A stretch of DNA of 63,859 nucleotides, counting the filler, from Chiloscyllium plagiosum (lineage: Eukaryota): the NCBI RefSeq assembly GCF_004010195.1. It is 5 parts of one record of this genome, joined end to end, with 100 filler letters (N's around TTAATTAATTAA, not from the genome) between each part and the next. Parts side by side here need not be neighbours in the genome. Positions count along the whole stretch, not along the records: positions 10,401 to 33,742 come from NC_057717.1; 4 more parts are not named here. The stretch is one strand, 5' to 3'. Under the pieces are notes generated by a model. The model was not told where the DNA came from and did no database searches. It saw only the letters and a program-made list of their open reading frames with translations. Positions within the stretch are counted from its first letter, which is position 1; each line of letters begins with the position of its first letter. Position numbers and translations under genes: made by a program. Positions 12,838 through 25,490 of the stretch are shown here, piece after piece.

Positions 12838-13482
12838 CTGGGCTGAGGGGTGGCTGATGGAGTTTAGTTTGGTTTAATGCAAGGTATTGGGTTTGGTAAA
12901 TCAAACAACAGCAGGACCTATACAATAAAAAGTAGAGCCTTTGGCAGTGCTGTAGTACAGAAACCTAGGCTGTCAGGTTTAATTCTTTAAAATTTGCATC
13001 TCATATAGATAGTGTGGTTAAGAAAGTGTTTAACACACATGTCTTCATAGGACAGACCTTTGAGTATAGAAATTGGGATGTCATGTTGAGGATGTACAGG
13101 ATATTGGTGAGACCTCTTCTGGAATACTGTGTCCAGTCTGGTCATCCTGCCTGCTCATTCCATAGGCACACCACCCTCTGGGTGAAAAAGCTGCCCCTTA
13201 GGTCACTTTTAAATGTCCCCCTCTCACCTTAAGCCTATGTCCTCTAGTTTTGGACTCCTCATACCCTTAGAAAATACCTTGACTATTCACTTTGATATTA
13301 CTGACCTTGATATTATTAAGCTGGAGAGGATTGAGAAGAGATTAACCTGGATGTTGCTGGGAAAGGAGGGAGTGAGCTGCAAGGAGAGGCTGGATAGGCT
13401 GGGGCTTTTTTCACTGAAGAATATGAGATTAAGCAGGAACTTTACAAAGATTTATAAAATAATGAGGGATACAGAGAAGCTG
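12838..13482 (+). mobile_element. CR1 fragment containing an inverted CR1 piece (~13148-13290)
   Basis: LVRPLLEYCVQ and LDRLGLFSL in ORFs 13014 and 13213. Confidence 0.8.
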
Positions 13483-13982
13483 NNNNNNNNNNNNNNNNNN
13501 NNNNNNNNNNNNNNNNNNNNNNNNNNNNNNNNNNNNNNNNNNNNNNNNNNNNNNNNNNNNNNNNNNNNNNNNNNNNNNNNNNNNNNNNNNNNNNNNNNNN
13601 NNNNNNNNNNNNNNNNNNNNNNNNNNNNNNNNNNNNNNNNNNNNNNNNNNNNNNNNNNNNNNNNNNNNNNNNNNNNNNNNNNNNNNNNNNNNNNNNNNNN
13701 NNNNNNNNNNNNNNNNNNNNNNNNNNNNNNNNNNNNNNNNNNNNNNNNNNNNNNNNNNNNNNNNNNNNNNNNNNNNNNNNNNNNNNNNNNNNNNNNNNNN
13801 NNNNNNNNNNNNNNNNNNNNNNNNNNNNNNNNNNNNNNNNNNNNNNNNNNNNNNNNNNNNNNNNNNNNNNNNNNNNNNNNNNNNNNNNNNNNNNNNNNNN
13901 NNNNNNNNNNNNNNNNNNNNNNNNNNNNNNNNNNNNNNNNNNNNNNNNNNNNNNNNNNNNNNNNNNNNNNNNNNNNNNNNNN

Positions 13983-14620
13983 GTGTTATTGTGGCGGAGG
14001 TGCAGATACCTATCTACACAGATTGTTGTCTGTGGGTCTGAAACCGGGGGATCCAGTTGCAGAGGGTGGAGCGGTGACTAAGGTCATGGAAGTTTGAGAT
14101 CTGTCTGGAGGGGATAATGATGTTTAAGGTGGAGCTGTCGTCAATGAGCAGTAGTCTGGTGTAGGTGTCCTTGTTGTCCAGATGTCCCAGGGATGAGTGC
14201 AGACATCGACATATGGCATCCGTTCTGGACATGTTACATCAGTCGGCAAATTATAAGGGATCAGGTCAGGCTGGGAGATTGGATGGGATGTGAGCCATAA
14301 CCAGCCTTTCAAATCACTTCGTGTTTATTGAAGTTAGAGCCACTGGACAGTAGTCATTAAGGCACGTTACATGTGATTTCTCACTTACGAGAATGATGGT
14401 GGTCTTCTCGAAGCAGGTTGGGACTTTGACTTGTCAGAGGGAGAAGTTGAAGTTGTATGTGAATACCTCTACCAGTTGGTCCTCACAAGATCTGAGTACA
14501 CAGCCGGGAACATCATCCAGGTCTGTCGCTTCCCTTGCCTTGACTCTCAGGAAGACTGATCATGTCTGCAGCGGAGACAGCGGGCACAGATACATCCGAG
14601 GCTGTCGGGGCAGGTTTCAG
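13983..14620 (-). mobile_element. Rex1/Babar-type LINE RT fragment
   Basis: LHSSLGHLDNKDTYTRLLLIDDSSTLNIIIP...LCNWI...HRQQSV matches the Rex1/Babar RT pattern HLD..TYVR.LFIDYSSAFNTIIP. Confidence 0.85.
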
Positions 14621-14919
14621 CCTGGCAGTCTCACACAGTCATTCATTATAGATATTACCTCCCCCACCTCCCTCCGTTTTCATCTACACACAGTGACATT
14701 GGTTGGTGTGAGCACCACACCGTTAGTTTCCAGACAGAGTGTCATCAATAGACTAGGATTGTGCACCATAATGAAGTAAACTCACAACAAAAGGGAGCAG
14801 GGTGTGCTTCTACTGAGAGACAGTGGTGCAGAGAGTGAAGACTTTTAGGTGTAATTCCAGTCAAGCCACTGCTTCAACCTGAATGGAATCAAGCAGCTTG
14901 AGTGTTGTGCCTTGTAGAT

Positions 14920-15420
14920 GGTGGACAGTTCTTAGGGAGCCAGGAAATGTATTATACATGGACAAACTGGACAATGGGCCTGAGGGCATTTTTGCTATGT
15001 TTGCAGATGATGTAGTGATGGTTTGGTCGGCAGATAATATTGAGGAAGTGGGGAGGTTGCAGAAAGATTTGGTCAGTTTCGGACTGTGGGAAAACACTTG
15101 GCTGATGGAACATAATATGGAATCATGTGCGATTATGCACCTTAGTTGGCGGAATAGAGACAGACATTATGTTCGAACAGGATCCATGAAATCTGAAGCA
15201 CAAAAGATTTTGAAGCACTTGTGCTCTCTTATGGTTAATGTGCCGGTTCAGTTGGCAGTGACGAAAGCATTTGCAATGTGAGCATTCAGTTCAAGGGAGC
15301 AAGAATGCAAGAGAGGAGACATACTGCTGAGAATGTAATGGACTATAGTCAGACGGCATTTGGCATATTGTGAGCTGCTTTGGACACTATCTCTGGGGAA
15401 ATATCTGCTGGTGTTGGAGG
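14920..15420 (+). mobile_element. Degraded CR1 RT fragment
   Basis: FADD...LQKDL...W.M motifs in ORF 14883. Confidence 0.7.
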
Positions 15421-16089
15421 TGATTGTGGTGTAAAATTATGTCCCAATACATGTGTGAATCATAATGTAACACATGTATTGGGCCAAGCAGTGGTATGTG
15501 GTGAAACGGTTAAAAATTATGTCCCAATACATGTGTGAATCTAACCGGAATGGACAAACAGTACAGTTTCAGATTGAAGGGATGGGCTGAATGGCCTAAA
15601 TATATTGCTATATCCCATGCCCTTGAGGTCATAGGATCTATTATTCAGTGCAGAATTGTAAGTCTCTGACCTGCTCTTGTAACGCTTGTGTTTGTATGTT
15701 TTTTTAACTTCACGTTCTGGTCAGTGGTAACCCCTGTGATATGGACGGTGTGGGGATTCAGTGTCGGCCAGTAGTCCATTAATCTGTTGAATATAAGCGC
15801 CTATTTGTGAGTCTCACCTGGCGGGAGTACATTGTCTCTCCGATGATTGTCATTTTCTGTCTGGTATTTTCGAAGGATTGATCCTGTTACGCCAGTATTG
15901 TTGATTTTAACAAAACATATGCAATTTATCAAAGCACTCAACAACAATAAGTCATCGAACACTGAACATCCTTCTAATAACAGAAAGTCTAAAATGTTCA
16001 ATATTAGAAATATTGTTTTCCTGTTCATGTTCAAATCACAGAAACTGTCCCATCGAGATGGTCAATTTGGAACTAATTTTAAAAACTCT

Positions 16090-18800
16090 ATTTTGGATAT
16101 GGGAATCGCTGGATGGGCCCAGCATTTCTTGCCCGTCCCTAGTTGCCCCCTTGAGAAGGTGGTGCTGAGCTATCTTGTAAAATGCTACAATCCACCTGCT
16201 GTGCTTTGACCCACTTGTGATTAAGGACGGAATTCCAGGGTTTTGAGCTAGCAACAGTGAAGGAATGGCAATATATTTCCAACCAGTATATTGACTGGTT
16301 TGGAAGGGAATTTGAAAGTGTGCTGTTCCCAAAGGTCTACTGCCCTTGTCATTCTAGATGGAAGTGTTTTCGAGATTGGAAGGAGCTGTCTGAGGGTCTT
16401 CAGGGAATTTCTGCATTGTGTCTAGTAGATAGTGCACACTCTGCTCCTGAGCTACCGTGGAGAAGGGAGTGAATGCTTCTGGATGTGATGCAAATCAAAT
16501 GGGCTTCTTTGTCCTGGATGGTGTCAAGCTTCTTTGGTGTTGTTGGGGCTGCACTCATTCAGGCAAATGAGGATTATTCCATCTCATTCCTGACTTGTGC
16601 TTTGTAGATGGTGGACAGGCTTTGGGTGGTCAGGACGTGAGTTACTCGCACAGTATTCCTAGCCTCCGATCTGCTCTTATATTTACGTGGCGAGTCCAGT
16701 TGAGTTTTTGTCAATGATAACCCCAGTATATTTAGTTATAATAATGTGCTGAATAACAAGTGGTTATATTATTTCTTATTGGTGATGGTCATTGTCTGGA
16801 TTTGCGAATGTCAATTGCCACTTGCCAGCCCAATCCTGGATATCGTCCAGATCTTGTTGCATTTGGGCATGAACTAGTTCTGTGTCTGAGCATTTGTGAA
16901 TGGTGCTGAACATTGTGCAGTCATTGTCGAATATCCCCACTTCCGACCTTATGGTGGAAGGAAGGTCATTGTTGGAGCAGCTGAAAATGTTTGGACCTTG
17001 GGCATTATCCTAAGGGACTACTGCAGAGATGTTCTGGAGCTGAGATGACTGACCTCCAACAACAACGTCCATCTTCCTATCTGTTATGTATGACTCCAAC
17101 AATGAAATGTTGTCCCGCGATCCAATTTTAACTTGAGCTCCTTGATGTCACATTTGGCCGAATGCAATCTTGATGTCAAGGACTGGAATTCAGTTCATTT
17201 TTGTTTGTTTGAACCAAGGCTGTGATGAGGTCAGGAGCTGTGTGACCCTGGCAAAACCCAAACTGGGCGTCTCTGAACAGATTATTGCTGAACAGGTGCT
17301 GCTTGATAACACTGTTGATGACACCTTCCATTACATTACTGATGAGGCGGTATTTGGATGGGCTGACTTTGTCGTGCGTTTTATGTACAGAACATACTTG
17401 AGCCGTTTTTCCCATTGTCCATTTGTAACCGTACTGGAACAGCTTGGCTAGGGGAGTGGGAAGTGCTGGAGTACAAGTCTTCAGCACTATTATTATCATG
17501 TAATCAGGGCCCATAGCCTTTGCAGTATCCAGTGTCTTCAACCGTTTCTGGATTTCAGTTAATCGAATTTGCTGAAGACTGCTATCTGTAATGATGGGGA
17601 TCATGGGAGGAGGCCGAAATGGATCATCCACTCGAAACTTCTGACAGAAGATTTCTGCGAAAGCTTCAGCTTTATCTTTTGCCATGATGTGCTCGGCTCT
17701 TCCATCATTGAGGATAGGGATATTTGTGGAAACATCTCCTCCGGTGAGTTGTTTATCTGTTCACCACCATTCACGATCGGTTTAGCAAGACTGCAGAGCT
17801 TAAATCTGATGCATTAGTTGTGGGATACCTTAGATCTGTCTGTCCCTTGCTGTTTATGCTATTTGGCACGCAGGTATATGTGCTTGGAAACCTCAGCAGA
17901 TTAACATTTTATCTTCATATATTCCTGTTTCTGCTCCTGGCATGCCCTCCTACAATCTCCATTGAACCAGAGTTGATCTTCTGGCTTGATGAAAATGATT
18001 GATTGGGGGGTTATGCTGGGCCGTGACGTTACAGATTGTGCTTGAGTACATTTCTGCTGCTATTGATGGTCCACAGTGTCTTATGGATGCTCACTCTTGA
18101 GTTGCTAGATCTGTTCGAAGTCTGTGCTGTTTAGCATGGTGGTAATGCCACACAACGCAATAGAGTTTATTCTCAATGCGACCGTGAGACTTTGTCTCCA
18201 CAGAGACAGTGTGGTGGTCTCTTTTACCGATACCGTCATGGACAGATGCATCTGTAGTTTGTAGATTGGCAAGGATGAGGTCAGGTATGGTTTTTCTACT
18301 CTCTTTCGTTCCCTCACGACCTTCTGCAAACCCAATCAAGTAGCTATGTACTTTACGACTCGACTAGCGTGATCAGTAATCTACTGCCAAACTACTCTTG
18401 GTGGTCGACTTTGAAATCCCCAGCCAGAATAATTTTTGTGCCCTTGCCAGAGTCCGTGGTTTAGCATGGAGAAGTGCTGATTCAGCTGAGGCAGGACATG
18501 ACATGGTAATCAGTAAGAGACTTCTTTGTCCATGTTCAATCTGAAGCCATGGGATTTCATTGGGTCCCGAATCAAATTTAGGAACTCCCAGAGCAACTAT
18601 CTCCCAACTGTATCGCACTGAGCTGCTCCCTCTGCTCGATTGGTCCTGCCTTTGGGACAGTACATATCCAGGGATGGTGATGGTGGTGTCTGGGTTATAT
18701 CCGTAAGGTATGATTCCGTGAGTATGACTATGTAAGGCTGTTGTTTGACTAGTCTGGAAGGCAGTTGTCCCAATGTTGGCACTAGCTCTCAGATGTCACG
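16090..18800 (-). mobile_element. Near full-length decayed CR1/L2-clade LINE (APE + RT)
   Basis: QQPYIVILTESYL, DHHTV, AKDKAEAFA, KAMGPD and QFGFCQGHTAPDL in fragmented minus-strand ORFs. Confidence 0.85.
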
Positions 18801-18929
18801 AAGGATGACTGTGCAGGTTCTACAGTGATGTTTCTAATGTTGACTTTTCTTGTGCCAAGTGCGATGCCAGATGGTCCATCGGTTTCATTTCTTTGACACT
18901 TTGTAGCGATTGTTACAACTGAATGACAA

Positions 18930-19225
18930 GCTAGACGAATTCAGAGGGCGATTGAGAGTCAATAATATTGCTTTGGGTCTGGAATCGCATGTCGGCCCGT
19001 CCAGGTGAGGATGCAAGATTCATTCATTGAAGGATATCAGTGAACCAGTGGATTTTTCTGTCAACCGGCAATGATTTCATTCTCATCAGTAGATTCTTAA
19101 TTCCAGGAATTTAAAAAAAAAATGAAATTGAATTCCCACCATCTGTAGGGATGGGATTCGAACACGTGTCCACAGAACAGAAGCTGATTTTTCTGGATTG
19201 ATAATCTAGCGATAATACAATGATG
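18930..19225 (-). mobile_element. tRNA-headed SINE-like segment abutting the LINE 5' end
   Basis: B box GTTCGAATCC (rc 19154-19163); homologous to 36733-36990 and 44570-44850. Confidence 0.7.
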
Positions 19226-19544
19226 CCTGCTTGGAACCACATGTTGTACTGAGGTGTCATTTCTTGTGTTGCCCTGTTTTTTTCATTCATTGCTTACGTT
19301 ATTTTGGAATCCCATCCTTCATTAAATACTGATTGAAACATACGGTCACGTATGCCCTCGCGAAGCTCGAATTTCATTCAGTCTGTTTTGTTTAAACAGA
19401 CACTTCAAGGCAGTTGCTCATCAGAGAAGAACAGGAAGTGATAATAGGTGAGTGTGCACCGTACGTTTCACGAAACCAGCATGTCTGCCCAGGCACCTAT
19501 TTATTGTTGGTCAGAGAACCACTGAATTATTAAATCACAGATGG

Positions 19545-21178
19545 AGACCATTCAGCCCATCTTGGGATTACAAGTCTCCAACTCCACAATTGGAGATAGA
19601 GAGGTTAAGTGGAGATAGATGGCGTGTGAGAGAAATAAACAGAGAAAAATAAAGTGAAGGGGATAAACTGAAAGAGGATGGAAAGGGGAGCGATTGACTG
19701 AGCGGGAGAGGGAGAGATGTTAGATGAAGGTGAAGTTAGATAGATCAGAAGACCGCATTAGGGTTGATAAGTATGCACAGACAGAAGTTAGAAGTTTTAT
19801 TTAGAATTTAGTCTGGATTGCAAGCCTTGTGTCCAGGCGCCATACCCTGTGAGCACTATGATGATACTGGCTGTCATCCTAGATCATTTATTTTTAATAA
19901 TGCCACAGAGTTGTTTATTGACAGTTAAACAGAACACATTAGGACAATATATTGGTTCCATGGAGAAAGCAGAGTTTTTTAAATAGACTGTGCGAAGCGC
20001 GGCAGGAAATGATAACCACCCCATTTTTCTGTGTGAGAAGCTGGGCCAGAGAATCTCAGTGAGGGGGATCACTGGCAGAGGGGAAATCATAATCTCAGCT
20101 GTGGGTCAAATGATCGATAAAGTTTACACACCACTTCCCTAGTTTTGTAATCCACATTTCAACTTATATAGCTCAGTTTCAGGAGTGCATTTTAACAACC
20201 TTACCTCTTTATACTTTGCATATATTGGTATGTACAGAAAATTATTTGTTTCTGTATTTTGTATTGCATAAACGCATTTCATTCATATTGTCTCTGCTCA
20301 TTCCTCATTTTAGATGTATCATTGAATCTGTTCTTCATATGAGTTATAAAGCGTATCCTTCCAATACCGGTGACTGGGGAACATCATTGTCCTTCCGCCC
20401 AGTCTAAACAGCCATTGCCCCACTCCTCTCCATCTTTTGTCTTTTCCCCAATGCCATAATCACAATGTCATTGAAGTGCATTAAATGATACTTCATCGCA
20501 GTTTCTTAACATCGATAACATCAACAACATTATCCACACCTGCCCTCTCTGATTCTGGAATAATAATATGATTTGTGTTTGTCACGTGCAATTCTCTGTT
20601 AACATATCCATGCCATTTGTTTGTTATAATCTACGTTTTGTGAGGAACATTTTGCTATTAGATCATGGATGATAGATGATTTCTCAATGTTTTACTGATT
20701 TTGCAATGACTGATCTGTAGTTACAGGACTTATTTCTCCACTTATGAGCAGAGACGCATGTTTATGTGCAGTTAAACCTGTGGCATTACTTCCATATCCA
20801 AGGCAGACAGCATGATTACACACAAACAATATGCCATCTCCAACATTCCTTCCTCCAGTTGCACTCACATATCACATCCAGAATGCATAAATGTTCAAAG
20901 TTATTTTAAATTTTAATAAAACAGCATTGAATTCAAAGAGAGTTTCTCTCGTCTATAAGGGAATTCTTTCAGTGTTTTATCCCATAGTATGAGCGGGAGC
21001 ATGACCAACAGCAATAGCAGGGATCCGCAGCTCCAGAGAGAGGTGGAGGAGAGATAAGAATCTGAGAACAATGTACTGGAATGTTCCAACAATGGACAGG
21101 ATTTTATCCGATGGACTTTACTGGCTTTTCCAGCCTTGGATATCATTAACATATCGGATTGAAGATGTACTGATGGTT
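19545..21178 (+). repeat. Duplicated upstream block plus GPCR exon 1 (copy A)
   Basis: 19545-20270 aligns with 26213-26910, and 20380-21178 aligns with 31280-32220. Confidence 0.85.
21071..21178 (+). CDS. GPR139/GPR142-like GPCR exon 1, copy A (cut by gap)
   Basis: MYWNVPTMDRILSDGLYWLFQPWISLTYRIEDVLMV is colinear with copies B and C; the TM1 start and donor fall in the N gap. Confidence 0.6.
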
Positions 21179-22544
21179 NNNNNNNNNNNNNNNNNNNNNN
21201 NNNNNNNNNNNNNNNNNNNNNNNNNNNNNNNNNNNNNNNNNNNNNNNNNNNNNNNNNNNNNNNNNNNNNNNNNNNNNNNNNNNNNNNNNNNNNNNNNNNN
21301 NNNNNNNNNNNNNNNNNNNNNNNNNNNNNNNNNNNNNNNNNNNNNNNNNNNNNNNNNNNNNNNNNNNNNNNNNNNNNNNNNNNNNNNNNNNNNNNNNNNN
21401 NNNNNNNNNNNNNNNNNNNNNNNNNNNNNNNNNNNNNNNNNNNNNNNNNNNNNNNNNNNNNNNNNNNNNNNNNNNNNNNNNNNNNNNNNNNNNNNNNNNN
21501 NNNNNNNNNNNNNNNNNNNNNNNNNNNNNNNNNNNNNNNNNNNNNNNNNNNNNNNNNNNNNNNNNNNNNNNNNNNNNNNNNNNNNNNNNNNNNNNNNNNN
21601 NNNNNNNNNNNNNNNNNNNNNNNNNNNNNNNNNNNNNNNNNNNNNNNNNNNNNNNNNNNNNNNNNNNNNNNNNNNNNNNNNNNNNNNNNNNNNNNNNNNN
21701 NNNNNNNNNNNNNNNNNNNNNNNNNNNNNNNNNNNNNNNNNNNNNNNNNNNNNNNNNNNNNNNNNNNNNNNNNNNNNNNNNNNNNNNNNNNNNNNNNNNN
21801 NNNNNNNNNNNNNNNNNNNNNNNNNNNNNNNNNNNNNNNNNNNNNNNNNNNNNNNNNNNNNNNNNNNNNNNNNNNNNNNNNNNNNNNNNNNNNNNNNNNN
21901 NNNNNNNNNNNNNNNNNNNNNNNNNNNNNNNNNNNNNNNNNNNNNNNNNNNNNNNNNNNNNNNNNNNNTCAAACCTGAGAGTGTTGTTGAGGCAGTATTT
22001 GGGATAATATGGACAGATTTTCTCTCCTTTATACGGAGTGATCTCCTTACCACAGAGAGAGTGAAAAGGAGTTTCACCAGTTTAATCACTGGCACCATGA
22101 GGAGTGAGTGTAGATTGTTCTCTAGAGATTTGAGATAATAAGAGGTGATGGCATTTTACCCTGAGGGGGATGGAAAATCACTCATTATATTCTAACCAGA
22201 CAATGAGGAGGTGATAAATTCCATTAGTTCTGTTTCACTCAGGGTGCATGATTCTGGATAGTTTAAGTGCCTGGGAGAGCGTTACGCCTACCCACCCGAG
22301 CCCCCACTCCCCACGGTGATTGAGAGAGACAGAGAGGTCAGGTTTTGAAAAGAACTTTCACCACATTAGTTCAGTGCAGTTGGTGTGTGATCCTGCACTG
22401 AATGTCATATTATCCATCAGCCAACAGTCACAATATCTTCATTCTGAAACAGTTAACTGTACCAACGGCTTCTGACCTTCATTAAGAACATGATTCCATC
22501 TTCTCCGAAATGCAAGTTGCCCCGCCTTGATATTTGGACGATAA

Positions 22545-25490
22545 GACGATAAGACATAGGTGCAGACATTAGGCCAGTTAGCCCACCGAGTCTCTTCGCC
22601 ATTCAATCATAGCTGATAGGTTTCTCAAACCCATTCTCTGAACTTCTCCCCGTAACACTTGATCACCGGATAATCAAAAACCTATCTATCTCCGTCTCAA
22701 ATATTCTCAATGACCTTTCCTCACAGCCACCTGTGGCAATAAATTTCAAAGATTCACCATTCTCTGGTTAAAGACGTTTCTCCTTATCACTGTTCCAAAA
22801 GGTGCTCCCTTTCATCTAAGGCTGTGCCCTCGGGTCCTCGTCCAATGGAAACATCTTATCAACATACACTGGTCATTCAGTATTCTGTATGTTTCCATTA
22901 CATTCCCTCTCATCCTCCGAAACTTTATCAAGAATAGACCCAGAGCCCTCGAACATTCCTCATACGATAAGCTTTTCATTATTTCGACCATTCTCGTGAA
23001 AATATTCTGCACATGCTCCAGGGCCACGACATCCTTCCTGATATAAGGGGCTCAAAATTTTGCACAATACTCCAAATATGGTCTGACTAGAGCCGCCTAC
23101 AACCTGTTTTACATTCAGGCCCTCTCGTATTAAACGCCATCAATAATAAATGCAATTGCCCTACTGACTACTGCCTCAACCTGTAAGCTTACCCTGAGAG
23201 AACCCTGCACTAGAACTCCCAAGTTCCTTTGGACTTCAGATTTCTGATTTTTCCCAATTTAGAAAATGGAGCATGCCTCTCTTCTACGTGCGAAAGTGCA
23301 TGACCTCATACTTTCCAACGTTGGAATGCATCTGCCAATCTCTTTACCTGCCCAAATCCTTCGTCAGCCTATCTGCCTCCTCAATACGACCTGTCCATCT
23401 GCCTATCTTTATATCGTCTGCAAACTTAGCCAGAGTTCCCTCATTTCCATCATCCAGAATGTGAACGTAACAAGTGAAAAATACGATTCCAACGCTGAGC
23501 CTTGTGGAACACCACTTGTCAGCGGCTGTCATCCTGAGGACCATTTTATTCCCACTCTCTGCTTTCTGCCGGATAGACAAGCTTCTATTCATGCCACAAC
23601 CATGCCTCTAACACCACGGACCCTTATTATACTCAGTAATCTCCTCTGAGACACCTTGTCAAAGTCCTTCATAAGTCCAGGTGGATAATATCCATTGGCT
23701 GTGCCTGGTCAAGCCTGTTCATTTACTCTTAAAATAATTCCAACAGATTTGTCAGGCATGACCCTCCCTTGATGAAAATAATTGTGATTTTGCCCTATTT
23801 TACCAAAAGCTTCCTAATATTCCAAAACTTCATCCTTCAATATGGATTGCAGGATCTTACCCACGACCGAGGTTCAGCTAGTCATTTTGGATTTTTGTTT
23901 TTGTCTTTTTCCTTGCTCCCTTGTTAAAATGGGGTGTCATGTTCGTGGGTTTTCATTGCTCTGAGACCGTTCCTTACTCTAATGATCGCTCAAATCATCA
24001 CCACTATCGCCCCCACTCCCCCTTCAGCTATCTTCCTTATATCACTGCGATGTAGTGCATCCGGTCCAGGTTATTTAACCACCTGCAGGCCATTCAGGTA
24101 TTTTTCTAGCACGCTCTCCATGGTGGTGACCATCATACTCAGGCCTGGCCGCTCACTCTCTCGAATGAGAAGGTATTACTCGTATCTTCCACCGTGAACC
24201 TAACGCAAAATTCAGTTCGTCGGCCTTTTTCTTTTTCAGCACTACTACTTCTGCAGTATCATTCCCCAACAGTCCGATGCCCACTTTTGCTTCTCTTTCG
24301 TGCTTTATATATTGAAAGGATCTCTTGCAGTCTTCCTTTGTATTAGTGGCTAGTTTACCCCCATATTTAATAATCTCCCTCCTTATTTTATTTTGTTTGC
24401 CCTCTGTTCTATCTTTGTAAGCTTCCCAATCCTCTGGTTTCCCACTGCCCTTCGCCACATTATATGCTTTCGCTTTTGCTTTAACGATATACCTGACTTC
24501 CCTCGTCAGCTATGGTTGTCCCATCCTCCCTGTACAAGACTCTTTTTCCTCAGGATAAATCTCTGCTGTATCCTGAATTACTCCAAAAATCTCCTGACTG
24601 TTGCACTGTCTTTCCTGCTGGGCCTCTCTCCCTGTCAATTGCACCCAGCCCCTTTCTCATGCCTCTGCACTTGCCTTTATTCAGCTGTAATTCTGTTACA
24701 TCCGATTTTAACTTCTCCATTTTGAGTAAATTCAATCATATTATGATCACTGCCTTCTATGATTTCCTTCACCTTAAGTTCCCCTCATCTAGTCTGCCTG
24801 CACAAGTTGCACCGAAATGCCATCTCATAGCCATTCCACAAATTCCTTTCCTGCAAAGCACTGAACACCTGAATTCCCAGTCCACCTGCATAATGAAATC
24901 CCATATGATCATTGTAACGTTGCCTTCCCTACAGATCTTTCTAGTTCCTGGTATATCTTGCACCCCATCTCCTGACGGCTGTTTGGCGGCATGTGCATAA
25001 CTTCAACTGCATTTTTTCACCTTTTTGATTCCTCAATTCTACCGACACAGATTCTACACCATCTGACTTTACTTTATTTCCTCTTATTGGTACAACTTCA
25101 TTTCTTACTAATGAGACTAATCTAGCTCTCTGCCCACCTGCCTATCTTTTCGACGGGGTGAATATCCTTAAATATAAAGCTCTCAATCCTTATCCTCTTG
25201 CAGCGATGTAACTGTGATGCCCATCATGTCGTACCTGCCAATTTGTGTATGAGTCACAAGCGTATTTACCTTATTCCATACTGCATGCATTCCGATATAA
25301 CAGTTCAGTCCAGTTTAACTGTCCCTCTTCTCATTGTCATTTGTTTGTCCAGCCATTGGGACCTACACAGACCCAAGTTCTTCTGCAGCCCAGATGACAT
25401 ATCTCAAACCCAAGCACCATGTAGGCAACACAACCTTCAGGAGTCGCAGTCCTGGTCACAGAGAACAGTATCTATCCCTCTAACTATACT
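22545..25490 (-). mobile_element. Decayed CR1 LINE, family 2
   Basis: KFADDIKIG, ALEHVQNIFTRM and DFIMQVDW remnants; inverted relative to 27330-31170. Confidence 0.9.

Noticed and set aside
14689..14695. CACAGTG as a V(D)J recombination signal heptamer
   Set aside because: No nonamer at 12/23 spacing and no V, D or J segment nearby.
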